Of a DNA stretch of 64,000 nt, positions 17,904 through 27,439 are shown piece by piece. Below the pieces are notes generated by a model. It saw only the letters and a program-made list of their open reading frames with translations, ran no database searches and was not told the origin of the DNA. How positions within the stretch are numbered: position 1 is the first letter of the stretch; each line of letters starts with the position of its first letter. The stretch spans positions 155,899-219,898 of the forward strand of contig DATJUT010000031.1 of assembly GCA_035502185.1 (NCBI GenBank), read 5' to 3'. A program made the position numbers and the translations under genes. This stretch comes from Gemmatimonadales bacterium (GTDB lineage: Bacteria; Gemmatimonadota; Gemmatimonadetes; Gemmatimonadales; JACORV01).

Positions 17904-19295
17904 TCACGGTTTCGGGTGGCCGATCAGGACCTTCTGTTCCTTGGCTGTGACTGGCGGTGCAATGACGGGCAAGCCCGTCACCGCGCGTAGCGCCTCGGTG
18001 ACGTCCGACTCGGTGATCAAGCTGGTGCCGGCCACCACCTGGCGCCAGACGCGCTCGACACCCGGGCCGCCGACCTCGACGGCGAAGGTGCGGATCTCGG
18101 CGTCGCTGACCCGACGGTCCGGGGCCGCACGGGCGGCGGCCAGCATCCGGCGCGCGACGTCGCCCAGCGTGGCCTCGCCGTCGGTGCCGCGGCGGATGGC
18201 GCCGTCGAGCAGCAGCCCGGCGAGCATCCCTTTGCGGTAGACGAGGAGGGTGGTGTTGTCTCCCAGGACGTTCTCGTGCTGCTCCTGGGTCATGGTCATG
18301 CTCGTGTCGCGTTCGATGCGCTGGTAGTTGCGCAGCGACTGGTAACAGAGGTCGGCGAGGTCGTCGGGCCGGCCGCTCCACTCGGCCTCGAGTCGAGCGG
18401 CGAAGTAGTCGGTGACGCCCTCCGTCCACCACCGATCGGTGTCCATCGCCCCGCCGAACCACAGGTGCAGGGTTTCGTGGAACACGTCGTGAATGCGCGC
18501 CCGCTCCAGCAACTCGCCCGGCTCCCAGATCAGTGCGATGCTCGACCGTCCCTGCAGGCTGCCGCTGGTGCGCCCCTTCGAGCCGACGTCGCTGGTGTAC
18601 GTGACCCGGGGCACGGGCACCCCCCCCAGGGCCTCCGACGCGCTGCGCAGGCTGGCCGCGATCACCTCTTCGAGCGCGGAGTCGCCGAAGTGCCGCTCGC
18701 CGCGCACCGCGAGGACGAACGGCGTGCCCCCGGCGGTGTCGCGAAGCAGGCGGAAGTCGGGGGCCGCAGCCAGGGTGGTGCCGAGAAGGGCACTGCTGCC
18801 AGCCGGGTTGAAGGCCTCCTGGTCCACCCCCCACGCGGTGACCACGTGCCAGCCGGGCGGCGTGATGAAGTGCACCCAGATGAGCGGATAAGGGCGATCC
18901 GGGCCGTAGGCCGACGCGTCCGGCGCCACGAAGACCCCGCGGCCGACGGCGTAGAGGTGGGCGTCGTTCAGCCCGGCGCCCGTAGAGCTGAGCGCGACGC
19001 CGCTCTGGAAGTCCAGGCGATAGCGGAACCGTACCGCGCCCGCCGAGGCGACGATCCGGTAGCCATGGGCGACCGGGCGCACGGAGAGAGGCCTTCCGTT
19101 GTCGTCGGTAGCGGCGAGTCCCTCGACGTCGGTCCCGGCGGAGAGGGACGCCGATGGAACCGACAGCGCGATGCTCTCGGCGGCCGTCGTCGTGAGGCGG
19201 GCCTCGATCGACAGGTGGGCCGGCGGCGAGGCGATGACGTCCACGTCGTACACGAGCGTGTCCCGCCGCTCCTGCGCTGCAGCGGTCACCGGCAC
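17904..19295 (-). CDS. Gluzincin metallopeptidase (M1/M61-like)
   Basis: HEXXH plus downstream Glu: [30 protein letters not shown]. The ORF-track GTG start gives no signal peptide, although signal-like sequence is encoded just upstream (see findings). Confidence 0.75.
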   Translation of the reverse strand: MPVTAAAQERRDTLVYDVDVIASPPAHLSIEARLTTTAAESIALSVPSASLSAGTDVEGLAATDDNGRPLSVRPVAHGYRIVASAGAVRFRYRLDFQSGVALSSTGAGLNDAHLYAVGRGVFVAPDASAYGPDRPYPLIWVHFITPPGWHVVTAWGVDQEAFNPAGSSALLGTTLAAAPDFRLLRDTAGGTPFVLAVRGERHFGDSALEEVIAASLRSASEALGGVPVPRVTYTSDVGSKGRTSGSLQGRSSIALIWEPGELLERARIHDVFHETLHLWFGGAMDTDRWWTEGVTDYFAARLEAEWSGRPDDLADLCYQSLRNYQRIERDTSMTMTQEQHENVLGDNTTLLVYRKGMLAGLLLDGAIRRGTDGEATLGDVARRMLAAARAAPDRRVSDAEIRTFAVEVGGPGVERVWRQVVAGTSLITESDVTEALRAVTGLPVIAPPVTAKEQKVLIGHPKP

Positions 19296-19347
19296 GGCGG
19301 ACAGGAGAGCGGCCGCGACGCCGAGCGCGACCGCTCCGCTGTCGCGG

Positions 19348-19968
19348 CTAGCCCGCGTATTTCATCCCGGCGTCGTCCAATGCGAGCACTCGGCGCCCGG
19401 CCTCGAGTCCCGCCTCGACGACCTCTCCCAGAACGAGGGTATGGTCGCCGGCGGGCATCGTGGCGACCAGACGGCACTCGAGCCATCCGAGTCCCTCGCT
19501 GAGAATCGGTGCGCCGGTGACGGGCGCGGGACGGGAGGGCACGCCTTGGAGCTTGGCGGGTTGGCGTCGCGACGACCGCCCGAGTTGCTCGGCCAGCTCA
19601 CGCTGGCCCTCGGCGAGCACGTTGACCGCGAACCCGCGCGCGTCGCGGATCATCGGCAGGCTCTTGGATTCGTTCTGGAGGGCGACCACGAGCATCGGTG
19701 GGGTGAACGCCGCCTGCATCACCCAGTTGGCCGTCATGCCGTGGTCCTCGCCCTCGCTCATCACCGTCACGGCGTAGAGGCCGTACGGGAAATGGCGCAG
19801 GACGGTCTTCTTGGCCTCTTCGTTCACCGGCGCCTTCGCGGCAGGGGTCTCGGGGACAAGGTAGTGGCGGCGCCCCCGCCGCGCGAGATAGCCGGTCGCT
19901 GGGCCGCCGAACGACGCGACTCGGCGCGCGGCGCGATCGTCGGCGGCCGGGTCGTCTGCGGCGCCCAC
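19348..19968 (-). CDS. Flavin reductase-like (FMN-binding split-barrel) protein
   Basis: [10 protein letters not shown]...[22 protein letters not shown]...[11 protein letters not shown] pattern. The start is uncertain: GTG 19968 or GTG 19827 (VNEEAKK). Confidence 0.8.
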   Translation of the reverse strand: MGAADDPAADDRAARRVASFGGPATGYLARRGRRHYLVPETPAAKAPVNEEAKKTVLRHFPYGLYAVTVMSEGEDHGMTANWVMQAAFTPPMLVVALQNESKSLPMIRDARGFAVNVLAEGQRELAEQLGRSSRRQPAKLQGVPSRPAPVTGAPILSEGLGWLECRLVATMPAGDHTLVLGEVVEAGLEAGRRVLALDDAGMKYAG

Positions 19969-20028
19969 CGAGGTCGCCAGCCCCGCGGCGTTGAGCGGGG
20001 CCTGGCAGGCGGCTATTATGCCTGCTTC

Positions 20029-22152
20029 ATGGCCACCCGGACCAAGAGCGAAGTCGGCGCCCGGCAGCTCGCCAGAGCCGACCTCCTAGGCATCTACCGC
20101 CTGATGCTGTTGTCGCGCCGGCTCGACGACAAGGAAATTCAGCTCAAGCGGCAGAACAAGATCTTCTTCCAGATCTCCGGCGCCGGCCACGAGGCGGTGC
20201 TGGTGGCCGCCGGGATGCTGTTGAAGCCGGGACACGACTGGTTCTACCCGTATTACCGTGACCGGGCGCTGTGCCTCACGCTCGGGATGACGCCCACGGA
20301 GATGCTGCTCTCGGCGGTCGGCGCCGCGGCCGACCCCAACTCCGGCGGGCGGCAGATGCCCTCGCACTGGGGCCACCGCAAGCTGAACATCGTGAGCCAG
20401 TCGAGTCCGACGGGCACCCAGTGCCTGCAGGCGGTGGGATGCGCGGAGGCCTGGTACCGGTACGACCGGCTCGAGGGGATCCCGGACCGGAAGGAGCGCA
20501 CTCGCCACGACGAGATCGTCTACTGCTCGCTGGGTGACGGCACCTCGAGCGAGGGTGAGTTCTGGGAGTCGCTGGGCACCGCGTCGAACCTCAAGCTCCC
20601 CGTGCTGTTCCTCGTCGAGGACAACGGCTACGCGATCTCGGTGCCCATCGAGGTCCAGACGCCCGGCCGGTCGATCTCCAAGCTGGTGGCCGCCTTCCCC
20701 GATCTACTGGTCGAGGAGGTGGACGGCTGCGATCCGGTCGCCTCCCGCGACGTGCTGGCGCGCGCGGTTGCGCACTGCCGGGCCCGCCGGGGCCCCGCGC
20801 TGGTGCACGCGCACGTGATCCGGCCCTACTCCCACTCGCTGTCCGACGACGAGGTGATGTACCGGCCGGCCGAGGAGCGGGCGGCCGAGGCGGCACGGGA
20901 CCCGGTGGCGCGCTTCCCGGAGCGCCTGGTCGCGGACGGCGTGGCGAGCGCGGAGGAGATTGAGCGGATCCAGGCGGAGGTGGCGGCGACGGTCGAGGCG
21001 GCCGCCGAGGCGGCGCTCGCGTCCCCGGCCCCGGCCCCCGAGACGGCGTCGCGATACGTCTACTCGCCGGACGTCGACCCGACCTCGGAGCGGTTCGACA
21101 CTGAGGACGACCCGCAGTTCGCCGGCGATCCCACGACGATGGTGGACCTGTTGAACGCCTGTCTGCGGGACGAGCTGAGTCATGATCCCCGGATGGTGGT
21201 ATTCGGCGAGGACGTGGCGGACGCGTCGCGGGCGGGTGCGCTCGGGAAGGTCAAAGGCAAGGGCGGAGTCTTCAAGGTCACCTGGGGGCTGCAGAAGCGC
21301 TTCGGCGACGACCGGGTGTTCAATTCGCCGCTCGCCGAGGCGAACATCGTCGGCCGGGCGATCGGGATGGCGACCCGCGGGCTGAAGCCCGTGGTCGAGA
21401 TCCAGTTCTTCGACTACATCTGGCCGGCGTACATGCAGATCCGCAACGAGCTGGCGACGCTCCGCTGGCGCTCGAATGACGCGTTCAGCGCCCCGGTGGT
21501 GATACGGGTGACCTACGGCGGCTACCTGAAGGGCGGCGCGGTCTACCATTCGCAGACCGGTGCGTCGCTGTTCACGCACGTGCCGGGCCTGCGCGTGGTG
21601 TGCCCCGCCACGGCCCTCGACGCCAACGGTCTGTTGCGAACGGCGATCCGGTGTGACGACCCGGTGGTGTTCCTGGAGCACAAGCACCTGTACCGCCAGA
21701 CCTACAACAAGGCGCCGTATCCGGGCCCCAACTTCATGGTGCCGTTCGGCAAGGCCAAGGTGGTCCGACCCGGTTCCGATGTCACCGTGCTCACCTACGG
21801 AGCGTTGGTGCAGCGGTCGGTGGTGGCGGCCAAGGAAGTGGAGGAGGCCACCGGCGTGAAGGCGGAGGTGATCGATCTGCGCTCGCTGGCCCCGGTGGAC
21901 TGGGAGACGATCGCGCGCTCGGTACAGCGGACCAGCAAGGCAGTGGTGGTCTACGAGGACCCGATCTCGTGGGGCTACGGCGCGGAGCTGGCGGCGCGCA
22001 TCGGGGACGAGCTGTTTGCGTGGCTGGACGCCCCCGTTCGCCGGGTGGCCGGCATGGACACCTTCGTGGCATACGCTCCGCAGCTCGAGGATCATATCCT
22101 GCCGCAGGTCGCGGACGTCGTGGCCGCCATCCGGGAGCTGGCGGCCTTCTGA
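20029..22152 (+). CDS. 2-oxoacid dehydrogenase E1 component, fused alpha/beta subunits (TPP-dependent)
   Basis: Alpha part has the TPP motif [38 protein letters not shown]. Beta part has [18 protein letters not shown] and a transketolase-like C-terminal domain. ATG 20029 lies inside ORF 19099..22152. Confidence 0.9.
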   Translation: MATRTKSEVGARQLARADLLGIYRLMLLSRRLDDKEIQLKRQNKIFFQISGAGHEAVLVAAGMLLKPGHDWFYPYYRDRALCLTLGMTPTEMLLSAVGAAADPNSGGRQMPSHWGHRKLNIVSQSSPTGTQCLQAVGCAEAWYRYDRLEGIPDRKERTRHDEIVYCSLGDGTSSEGEFWESLGTASNLKLPVLFLVEDNGYAISVPIEVQTPGRSISKLVAAFPDLLVEEVDGCDPVASRDVLARAVAHCRARRGPALVHAHVIRPYSHSLSDDEVMYRPAEERAAEAARDPVARFPERLVADGVASAEEIERIQAEVAATVEAAAEAALASPAPAPETASRYVYSPDVDPTSERFDTEDDPQFAGDPTTMVDLLNACLRDELSHDPRMVVFGEDVADASRAGALGKVKGKGGVFKVTWGLQKRFGDDRVFNSPLAEANIVGRAIGMATRGLKPVVEIQFFDYIWPAYMQIRNELATLRWRSNDAFSAPVVIRVTYGGYLKGGAVYHSQTGASLFTHVPGLRVVCPATALDANGLLRTAIRCDDPVVFLEHKHLYRQTYNKAPYPGPNFMVPFGKAKVVRPGSDVTVLTYGALVQRSVVAAKEVEEATGVKAEVIDLRSLAPVDWETIARSVQRTSKAVVVYEDPISWGYGAELAARIGDELFAWLDAPVRRVAGMDTFVAYAPQLEDHILPQVADVVAAIRELAAF

Positions 22153-25100
22153 TGACCAGTGCCCGACGTGCGCGACACGCGCTGTTCGGGCTCATCTTCG
22201 TGCTGTCCGGCGCTGCCGGACTGGTCTACGAGCTGGTCTGGGTCCGCGAGCTCTACGAGGTCTTCGGCTCGACGATTCACTCGGTCACCACGGTGGTGGC
22301 GGCCTACATGGGCGGCCTCGGCCTCGGCGCCTGGCTGCTCGGGCGGCGCGCGGATTCCCTGGCTCGTCCGGCCCGGTTGTACGGCGTCCTCGAGCTGGGC
22401 ATCGGGCTGTTCGGCCTGGCCTCGCCGTGGGCGGTGAGGGCCGTGGGCACCGTGTACCTCGACGTGGCGCGCGCGCTCGGGCCGGGGCTGTGGGCTGGAA
22501 CGGCCATCAAGTTCGTCTTCGCCTTCATCGTCCTGCTGATCCCGACCTTCCTCATGGGCGGGACGCTGCCGGTGCTGACGCGCGCGTTCGCCGGCGACCG
22601 CAGCGACGAGCTGCGCGGCGAGCTGGCACTGTTCTACGGTCTCAATACCGTCGGCGGCGTCGCAGGCTGCGTGCTCGCGGGATACGTGCTGATCGAGTTC
22701 GTCGGTCTGCGGGCGTCGCTGCTGGCGACGGCCGCGGTCAACCTGGCGCTCGGCGCGGCCGCACTCCTGCTGGCGGGCGTGCCGGAGCCGGCGGCCTCCT
22801 CGCGCGCGCCGGAGGGCGAGCCCGTATTCACCCCGGATCCCGGGCCGGCCACGCGCCGCCTCGCCACGGGGCTCATCGCCTTCACTGCCCTGGCGTCGCT
22901 GCTGTACGAGATCGCGTGGACCCGCGCGCTGATTCTCGTGATCGGCAGCTCCACCTATGCCTTCACCACCATTCTCGCCTGCTTCCTGCTGGGCATCGGG
23001 CTGGGGAGCCTGATCGCGGTCGGCCGGGGCCGGGCACCACGGGATCTGCTGCTGCGGGCGGCGGCCGTGCAGGGCGTCATCGCCGTGTTGGCGTCGTTGC
23101 TGTTCCCCTTCTTCCGGGCGCTGCCGGTCTACGTAGTCGCGACGCTCCAGGTGCCCTTCCTCGGCGTCGGGGAGCTGCTCGCCCTGCAGGCGGCGGCCGT
23201 GGCGCTGGTCGTGATCCCGCCCGCAGTCGGGATGGGCTACAGTTTCCCGCTGCTGGCGGAACTCGCCTCGGAGCGCGCCGGCGCCACGGGCCGTGAGGTC
23301 GGTCACGCATACCTGGCCAATACGCTCGGCAGCATCGCGGGGGCGGTGGTGACGGGTTTCGTGCTGGTCCATCTCATCGGCAGCGAGCGGACCCTGGCGG
23401 TGGGCGTCGTGGTCAACGTGGCGGCGGCGGCCGCGCTGGCCTGGTGGGCCTGGCGGGATCGCGGGGGCGTGGGGATGCCGCTGGGCGTCGAGCGCATTCC
23501 GGTGGCGCTGGGAGCGCTGGCGCTGGTGATCGCGCTGGCCACCCCGAGCTGGTCGGGGCGGCTCCTCGACCGGGCGCCGGCCGTGTACGGGAGGACGCGG
23601 CTCGATCGGGACGAGCTCGGCCGGTACCTGCGCGGGTACGGCTCGGAGCAGTTGAGCTTCAAGGAAGGGTGGAACGCCGCGGTGTCCGTGTGGCGGGACG
23701 GCAACCAGAGCTGGCTGAAGGTGAACGGCAAGGTCGATGCGTCGAGTGTCGCGGACATGGACACGCAGGTCTCGCTGGGGCTGCTGCCGGCCCTGGCCCA
23801 GGGGCGCCCGCGCCGCGCCTTCGTGGTGGGATTCGGCAGCGGAGCCACCACCCGCGCGATCGCGGACGTGCCCGGCATCGCGCGGATCGACGTCGCCGAG
23901 ATCGAGCGAGCGGTGCTGCGCGCCAGCCCGGACTTCCGCGACGTCAATCGCGACGTACTGGCGGACCCGCGGGTCCACGTCATCGAGGACGACGCGCGCA
24001 GCGCCCTGATGCTGGCGGATTCCGCCTACGACCTGATCGTGTCGGAGCCCTCGAATCCCTGGATCGCGGGGGTCGCATCGTTGTTCACGCGCGACTACTT
24101 CCAGGTGGTGGCGAAGCGGTTGGCGCCGGGCGGGGTCTTCTGCCAGTGGCTGCAGATGTACCGCGTCACGCCGGGCCTCGTGGCGGTGGTCGTCGCCAAC
24201 CTGCGGGCCGTCTTCCCGCACGTGGAAGTCTGGTTTGCGAATTCGAGCGACCTGGTCGTGCTCGGGGCGCGCGACCCGATACGATGGAGCGGCGCGCGAA
24301 TCGCGGCGGCCTTGCGCCCCGGGACGGCGACGGCGGCGTCCCTGCGCATGTGGCTGCGGGTCGACGAGCCGACGCAGCTGCTGGGGCACTTCCTCCTGGG
24401 TGATCGTGGCAGCGCGGCGCTCGCGAGCCGCGCGCCGTTCGACCACACCGACGACCATCCGGTGCTCGAATTCCAGGCCGCCCGGTCGCTGCTCGCCGGG
24501 ACGCCGTCGGAGCCGGTGTTCGATTCCCTGGTCGCGCTGAAAGCGGCGGTGGGGGATTCAACGCCGATCCTGGAGGACTGGGACCTGCCGGCGGGCGCGT
24601 GGCGAGCCGGGTACGCCGCGGCGCTTCCCGACGACAACCCGGAGGCGCTCCACTCGGCCGAGTTGGCAGTGCGCGCGGTGCCGCGCGATCCGGCGTACCA
24701 GGGCGTGCTGGGCACCGTTCTGTTCGGCCGCCGGGACTTCCGGTCGGCGGCGGCGCACCTGGACAGCGCGCTCGCCCGGATGCCCGGCGACGCCAGGCTG
24801 CTGCTGACGGCGGGGCTGACCGATCTGGCGCTGTCGAACCCGGCGCGGGCGCGCGAGCTCCTGAGCAGCGTCGCGGTGCACGGCGGGGACTCCGCCTTCG
24901 CGTCCGCGGTCCTGGCGCAGCTCGACGCGAACAGCGGGAACTACGCGGCGGCAGCGGTGGAGGCCATCCGGGCGATCGCCAGCCTGCGGCCGACGCTGGA
25001 GCGCCCCTTCCCGGGGGCACTGGAGGGCGCTGTGACCACGCTGGGTCAGCTCGCGCCGCCGGCCGTGGCCGGCCCGGTGTTCGAGCATGCCGTGGCGGCG

Positions 25101-25271
25101 CTCCCTTACTGGCAAACCGGCTACTGGGGTGGAGCGGTGGTCGGAGCCCGGGCCGGAGGGGCCGCCTGTGCGCGCGCCGAGCGCCTGGCGCTCGAGCTGG
25201 GAAGGTTCGGCTGGACGGCGGAGGAGATCGTGCCGCTGGTGCGGTCCTGCCTGGCGCGACAGGGATCCTGA
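22152..25271 (+). CDS. Fused polytopic membrane domain / spermidine-synthase-like methyltransferase fold / TPR-like protein
   Basis: About 12 N-terminal helices, then the AdoMet-fold region VVGFGSGATTRAIAD...DLIVSEPSNPW, then a helical-repeat C-terminus. ATG 22152 shares one base with the E1 stop (TGATG). Confidence 0.85.
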   Translation: MTSARRARHALFGLIFVLSGAAGLVYELVWVRELYEVFGSTIHSVTTVVAAYMGGLGLGAWLLGRRADSLARPARLYGVLELGIGLFGLASPWAVRAVGTVYLDVARALGPGLWAGTAIKFVFAFIVLLIPTFLMGGTLPVLTRAFAGDRSDELRGELALFYGLNTVGGVAGCVLAGYVLIEFVGLRASLLATAAVNLALGAAALLLAGVPEPAASSRAPEGEPVFTPDPGPATRRLATGLIAFTALASLLYEIAWTRALILVIGSSTYAFTTILACFLLGIGLGSLIAVGRGRAPRDLLLRAAAVQGVIAVLASLLFPFFRALPVYVVATLQVPFLGVGELLALQAAAVALVVIPPAVGMGYSFPLLAELASERAGATGREVGHAYLANTLGSIAGAVVTGFVLVHLIGSERTLAVGVVVNVAAAAALAWWAWRDRGGVGMPLGVERIPVALGALALVIALATPSWSGRLLDRAPAVYGRTRLDRDELGRYLRGYGSEQLSFKEGWNAAVSVWRDGNQSWLKVNGKVDASSVADMDTQVSLGLLPALAQGRPRRAFVVGFGSGATTRAIADVPGIARIDVAEIERAVLRASPDFRDVNRDVLADPRVHVIEDDARSALMLADSAYDLIVSEPSNPWIAGVASLFTRDYFQVVAKRLAPGGVFCQWLQMYRVTPGLVAVVVANLRAVFPHVEVWFANSSDLVVLGARDPIRWSGARIAAALRPGTATAASLRMWLRVDEPTQLLGHFLLGDRGSAALASRAPFDHTDDHPVLEFQAARSLLAGTPSEPVFDSLVALKAAVGDSTPILEDWDLPAGAWRAGYAAALPDDNPEALHSAELAVRAVPRDPAYQGVLGTVLFGRRDFRSAAAHLDSALARMPGDARLLLTAGLTDLALSNPARARELLSSVAVHGGDSAFASAVLAQLDANSGNYAAAAVEAIRAIASLRPTLERPFPGALEGAVTTLGQLAPPAVAGPVFEHAVAALPYWQTGYWGGAVVGARAGGAACARAERLALELGRFGWTAEEIVPLVRSCLARQGS

Positions 25272-25287
25272 GGGCGAGCGAACGGGG

Positions 25288-27204
25288 TCAGGCTTCGGGG
25301 CCGATCTCGCGTCCGGTGAGCTTGCGTATCTCCACGGCCGCGGAGACGGCGGCATCCACGTCGCGGGACAGCGAGCGCGCCTGCTGAGTCGCCTGCGTGA
25401 GGTCGCCGAGCGCCTCGGCGACGCCGGCGGAGCGTAGCCGCAGCAGGTCGAACCGCACGTTCTGCATCGCGAGCAGGCAGGATTCGAGTTGGGACTCGAG
25501 GGCCGCACGACGCGCGATGAGATCGTGGACGGTCTGGCGCTGGCGTTGCAGGAGGCTCATGCGCCGGTCGCGGTCGGACGAGGCCGACTCTTGTTCCAGC
25601 GCGGCGATGCGGGCCTCGATCTTGTGCTCCGCCGCCGTGTCGATGTCGCGCTCGAGCGCCGCGAGCGTCCGCGCGAGGTCGCGAGCCCGGCCGAGCAGCT
25701 GGTCGACGGTCGGTCCGACGTCCGGCAGCATCTTCCGCTCGGACTTCGGCATTCGCTCCAGCATCCCGAGAATTGCCGAGCGGTCGCGCGCCGCCTGCTC
25801 GATGCCGGCGGCCTGCGAGCCGAACTCCTCCGGCGTTCCGGCGGCATTCGAGTCGGCCCGATGCGTCTTGGCCTCCAGCGCGTCCGGGGCCGGCGGCCGG
25901 TGCAGCACGTCCCGCCAGGAATAGCCGGCCGTCCACAGGCGCGAGTAGTCGCGCGCCAGGCTCCAGCCCATCCAGAGCGCGGGGAACAGGAACCACGGGT
26001 GCCCGATCCCGCCGGCGAACGTGATGTTGATCAGCATCAGCGGTCCGATGACCGAAGCGTATCGGGCCATCCGGTGGCGGAGCTGAACCACCATCAGCGG
26101 CTCGCCGGTCTGGGCCGCGCGCTGGGCGACCTCGCGGTCCTCTTCGGCCCGCCGCTCGAGCTTGCGGTCGGCCTTGCTCAGGCGGCGTTCGAGCCGGTCC
26201 CGTGTGCGTTCGATGCGCGACGCCTGCCGGCTGCGGCGTTCCGCGAGCCAGCCGGCGGCATCCGGCGGGCCGGCCGCCGGGAGGTCTCGAGGGCGCTCCG
26301 CGGGGGTTGACCGGCGCGAGCCCGGGCGCGCCGCCGGCGGCGCGTACGTGCTCGTCTCGAGCGCGCGTCGCAGCGCGTCCGCCGTTGGCCAGCGATCCTC
26401 GGGGTCCTTTTCCAGGCAGCGCATCACCGTGAGCGCCAGCTCTCGCGGTGCGTCCGGCCGGAGCCGCTCGACCGGCACCGCCGGCGTCCCGATCTGCTTC
26501 ATCAGCAGGCCGGGAACGGTCGGCGCCTGGAACGGCAGCTCGCCGGCCAGCATCTGGTAGGCGACCACGCCGAGGGAGTACAGATCGGAACGGCCGTCGA
26601 TGACCCGCTCGCCGGCGGCCTGCTCGGGGCTCATGAAGGCCGGCGTGCCGATGGCGATGCCCGTGTCCGTGAGGGTCCCGCCCTCGGCGCTGAGGGCCTT
26701 GGCGATGCCGAAGTCCGTCACCATCACCCGCCCGCGCGTGCCCTCGAGGAGGATGTTGTCCGGCTTGACGTCGCGGTGGATCACCCCTTGCTGGTGCGCG
26801 GCGGCCAGCGCGTCGGCGGTCTCGCGCATGATGCGCCGGGCTTCCTCGATGGAGAGGCGACCGCGGCGCTTGATCCGCACCGACAGGGACTCGCCGTCCA
26901 CGTAGCCCATCACGAAATACACGATATCGTCGGACTCGCCGACGCTGTGAATGGGCACGATGTTCGGGTGGGAGAGCCGGGCCGCGGTCTCGGCCTCGCG
27001 GACGAAGCGGGCGCGGATGTCGCGGCGGAACGCCAGCTCCGGCGGCAGGACCTTGACGGCCACCGTCCGCTTGAGCTTCTCGTCCCGGGCGCGGAAGACC
27101 ACGCCCATGCCGCCGCGGCCGATTTCGCCCTCGAGCGTGTAGGCGCCGGCGAAGGCCGCCGAGAGACGGGCTTCGAGGGCGCGGTCGGCTTCGGGGTGGC
27201 TCAA
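25288..27204 (-). CDS. Hanks-type Ser/Thr protein kinase with a C-terminal 2-TM segment and coiled-coil domain
   Basis: GRGGMGVVFRA...VAVK, HRDVKPDNILL, DFGIAK, and SPEQ motifs. Hydrophobic hairpin VIGPLMLINITFAGGIGHPWFLFPALWMGWSL, then about 200 aa of heptad-like sequence. Confidence 0.92.
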   Translation of the reverse strand: MSHPEADRALEARLSAAFAGAYTLEGEIGRGGMGVVFRARDEKLKRTVAVKVLPPELAFRRDIRARFVREAETAARLSHPNIVPIHSVGESDDIVYFVMGYVDGESLSVRIKRRGRLSIEEARRIMRETADALAAAHQQGVIHRDVKPDNILLEGTRGRVMVTDFGIAKALSAEGGTLTDTGIAIGTPAFMSPEQAAGERVIDGRSDLYSLGVVAYQMLAGELPFQAPTVPGLLMKQIGTPAVPVERLRPDAPRELALTVMRCLEKDPEDRWPTADALRRALETSTYAPPAARPGSRRSTPAERPRDLPAAGPPDAAGWLAERRSRQASRIERTRDRLERRLSKADRKLERRAEEDREVAQRAAQTGEPLMVVQLRHRMARYASVIGPLMLINITFAGGIGHPWFLFPALWMGWSLARDYSRLWTAGYSWRDVLHRPPAPDALEAKTHRADSNAAGTPEEFGSQAAGIEQAARDRSAILGMLERMPKSERKMLPDVGPTVDQLLGRARDLARTLAALERDIDTAAEHKIEARIAALEQESASSDRDRRMSLLQRQRQTVHDLIARRAALESQLESCLLAMQNVRFDLLRLRSAGVAEALGDLTQATQQARSLSRDVDAAVSAAVEIRKLTGREIGPEA

Positions 27205-27369
27205 GGACGAACGGGGTTCATAGCCGCGGAAAGATTAGCGCTGCCCAGGAGGCGTGGCAACACTACAATGTGGACTGCCAACTGGCCGGACGCTGCGTCA
27301 TGGCGACGCGCAGGCAACCGCGCCGGTTCCATTGTGCTGCCAGAATGGCACGAGGGTGTGGCCGTGCCG

Positions 27370-27384
27370 TGGCACGATCGGTGC
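27370..27384 (+). promoter_or_regulatory. Sigma54-like -24/-12 element candidate (TGGCAC-gatcg-GTGC) upstream of lon
   Basis: GG (27371-27372) and GC (27383-27384) are separated by exactly 10 nt, 56 nt upstream of lon ATG 27440. The -12 box is GTGC rather than TTGC. No enhancer-binding protein lies in the window. Confidence 0.25.
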
Positions 27385-27439
27385 CCTGCAGGAACGGGAT
27401 TGGACGGCCCACGGTGTAGAACGTATGCGTGAGGATCGA

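Noticed and set aside
19099-20028. 5' extensions of ORF-track entries upstream of the starts I chose. Examples: E1 ORF from 19099, ProDH from 13097, Lon from 27254, FadJ from 12567, ABC ATPase from 1506, aconitase-like from 33642, GT2 from 54314, spermidine-synthase-like from 21969, OmpA-family from 40722.
   Set aside because: The extensions overlap other well-supported genes and have shadow-like composition. Internal ATG or GTG codons give canonical family N-termini, often with an RBS or a start/stop overlap.
22092-24458. A 788-aa minus-strand ORF, and similar long antisense or alternative-frame ORFs (for example 61693-63465, 51083-53308, 49875-52181, 12609-14849, 8384-9721).
   Set aside because: All lie opposite to, or out of frame with, genes that have strong family motifs. 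All show the Arg/Gly/Pro/Asp-rich composition typical of GC-rich shadow ORFs.
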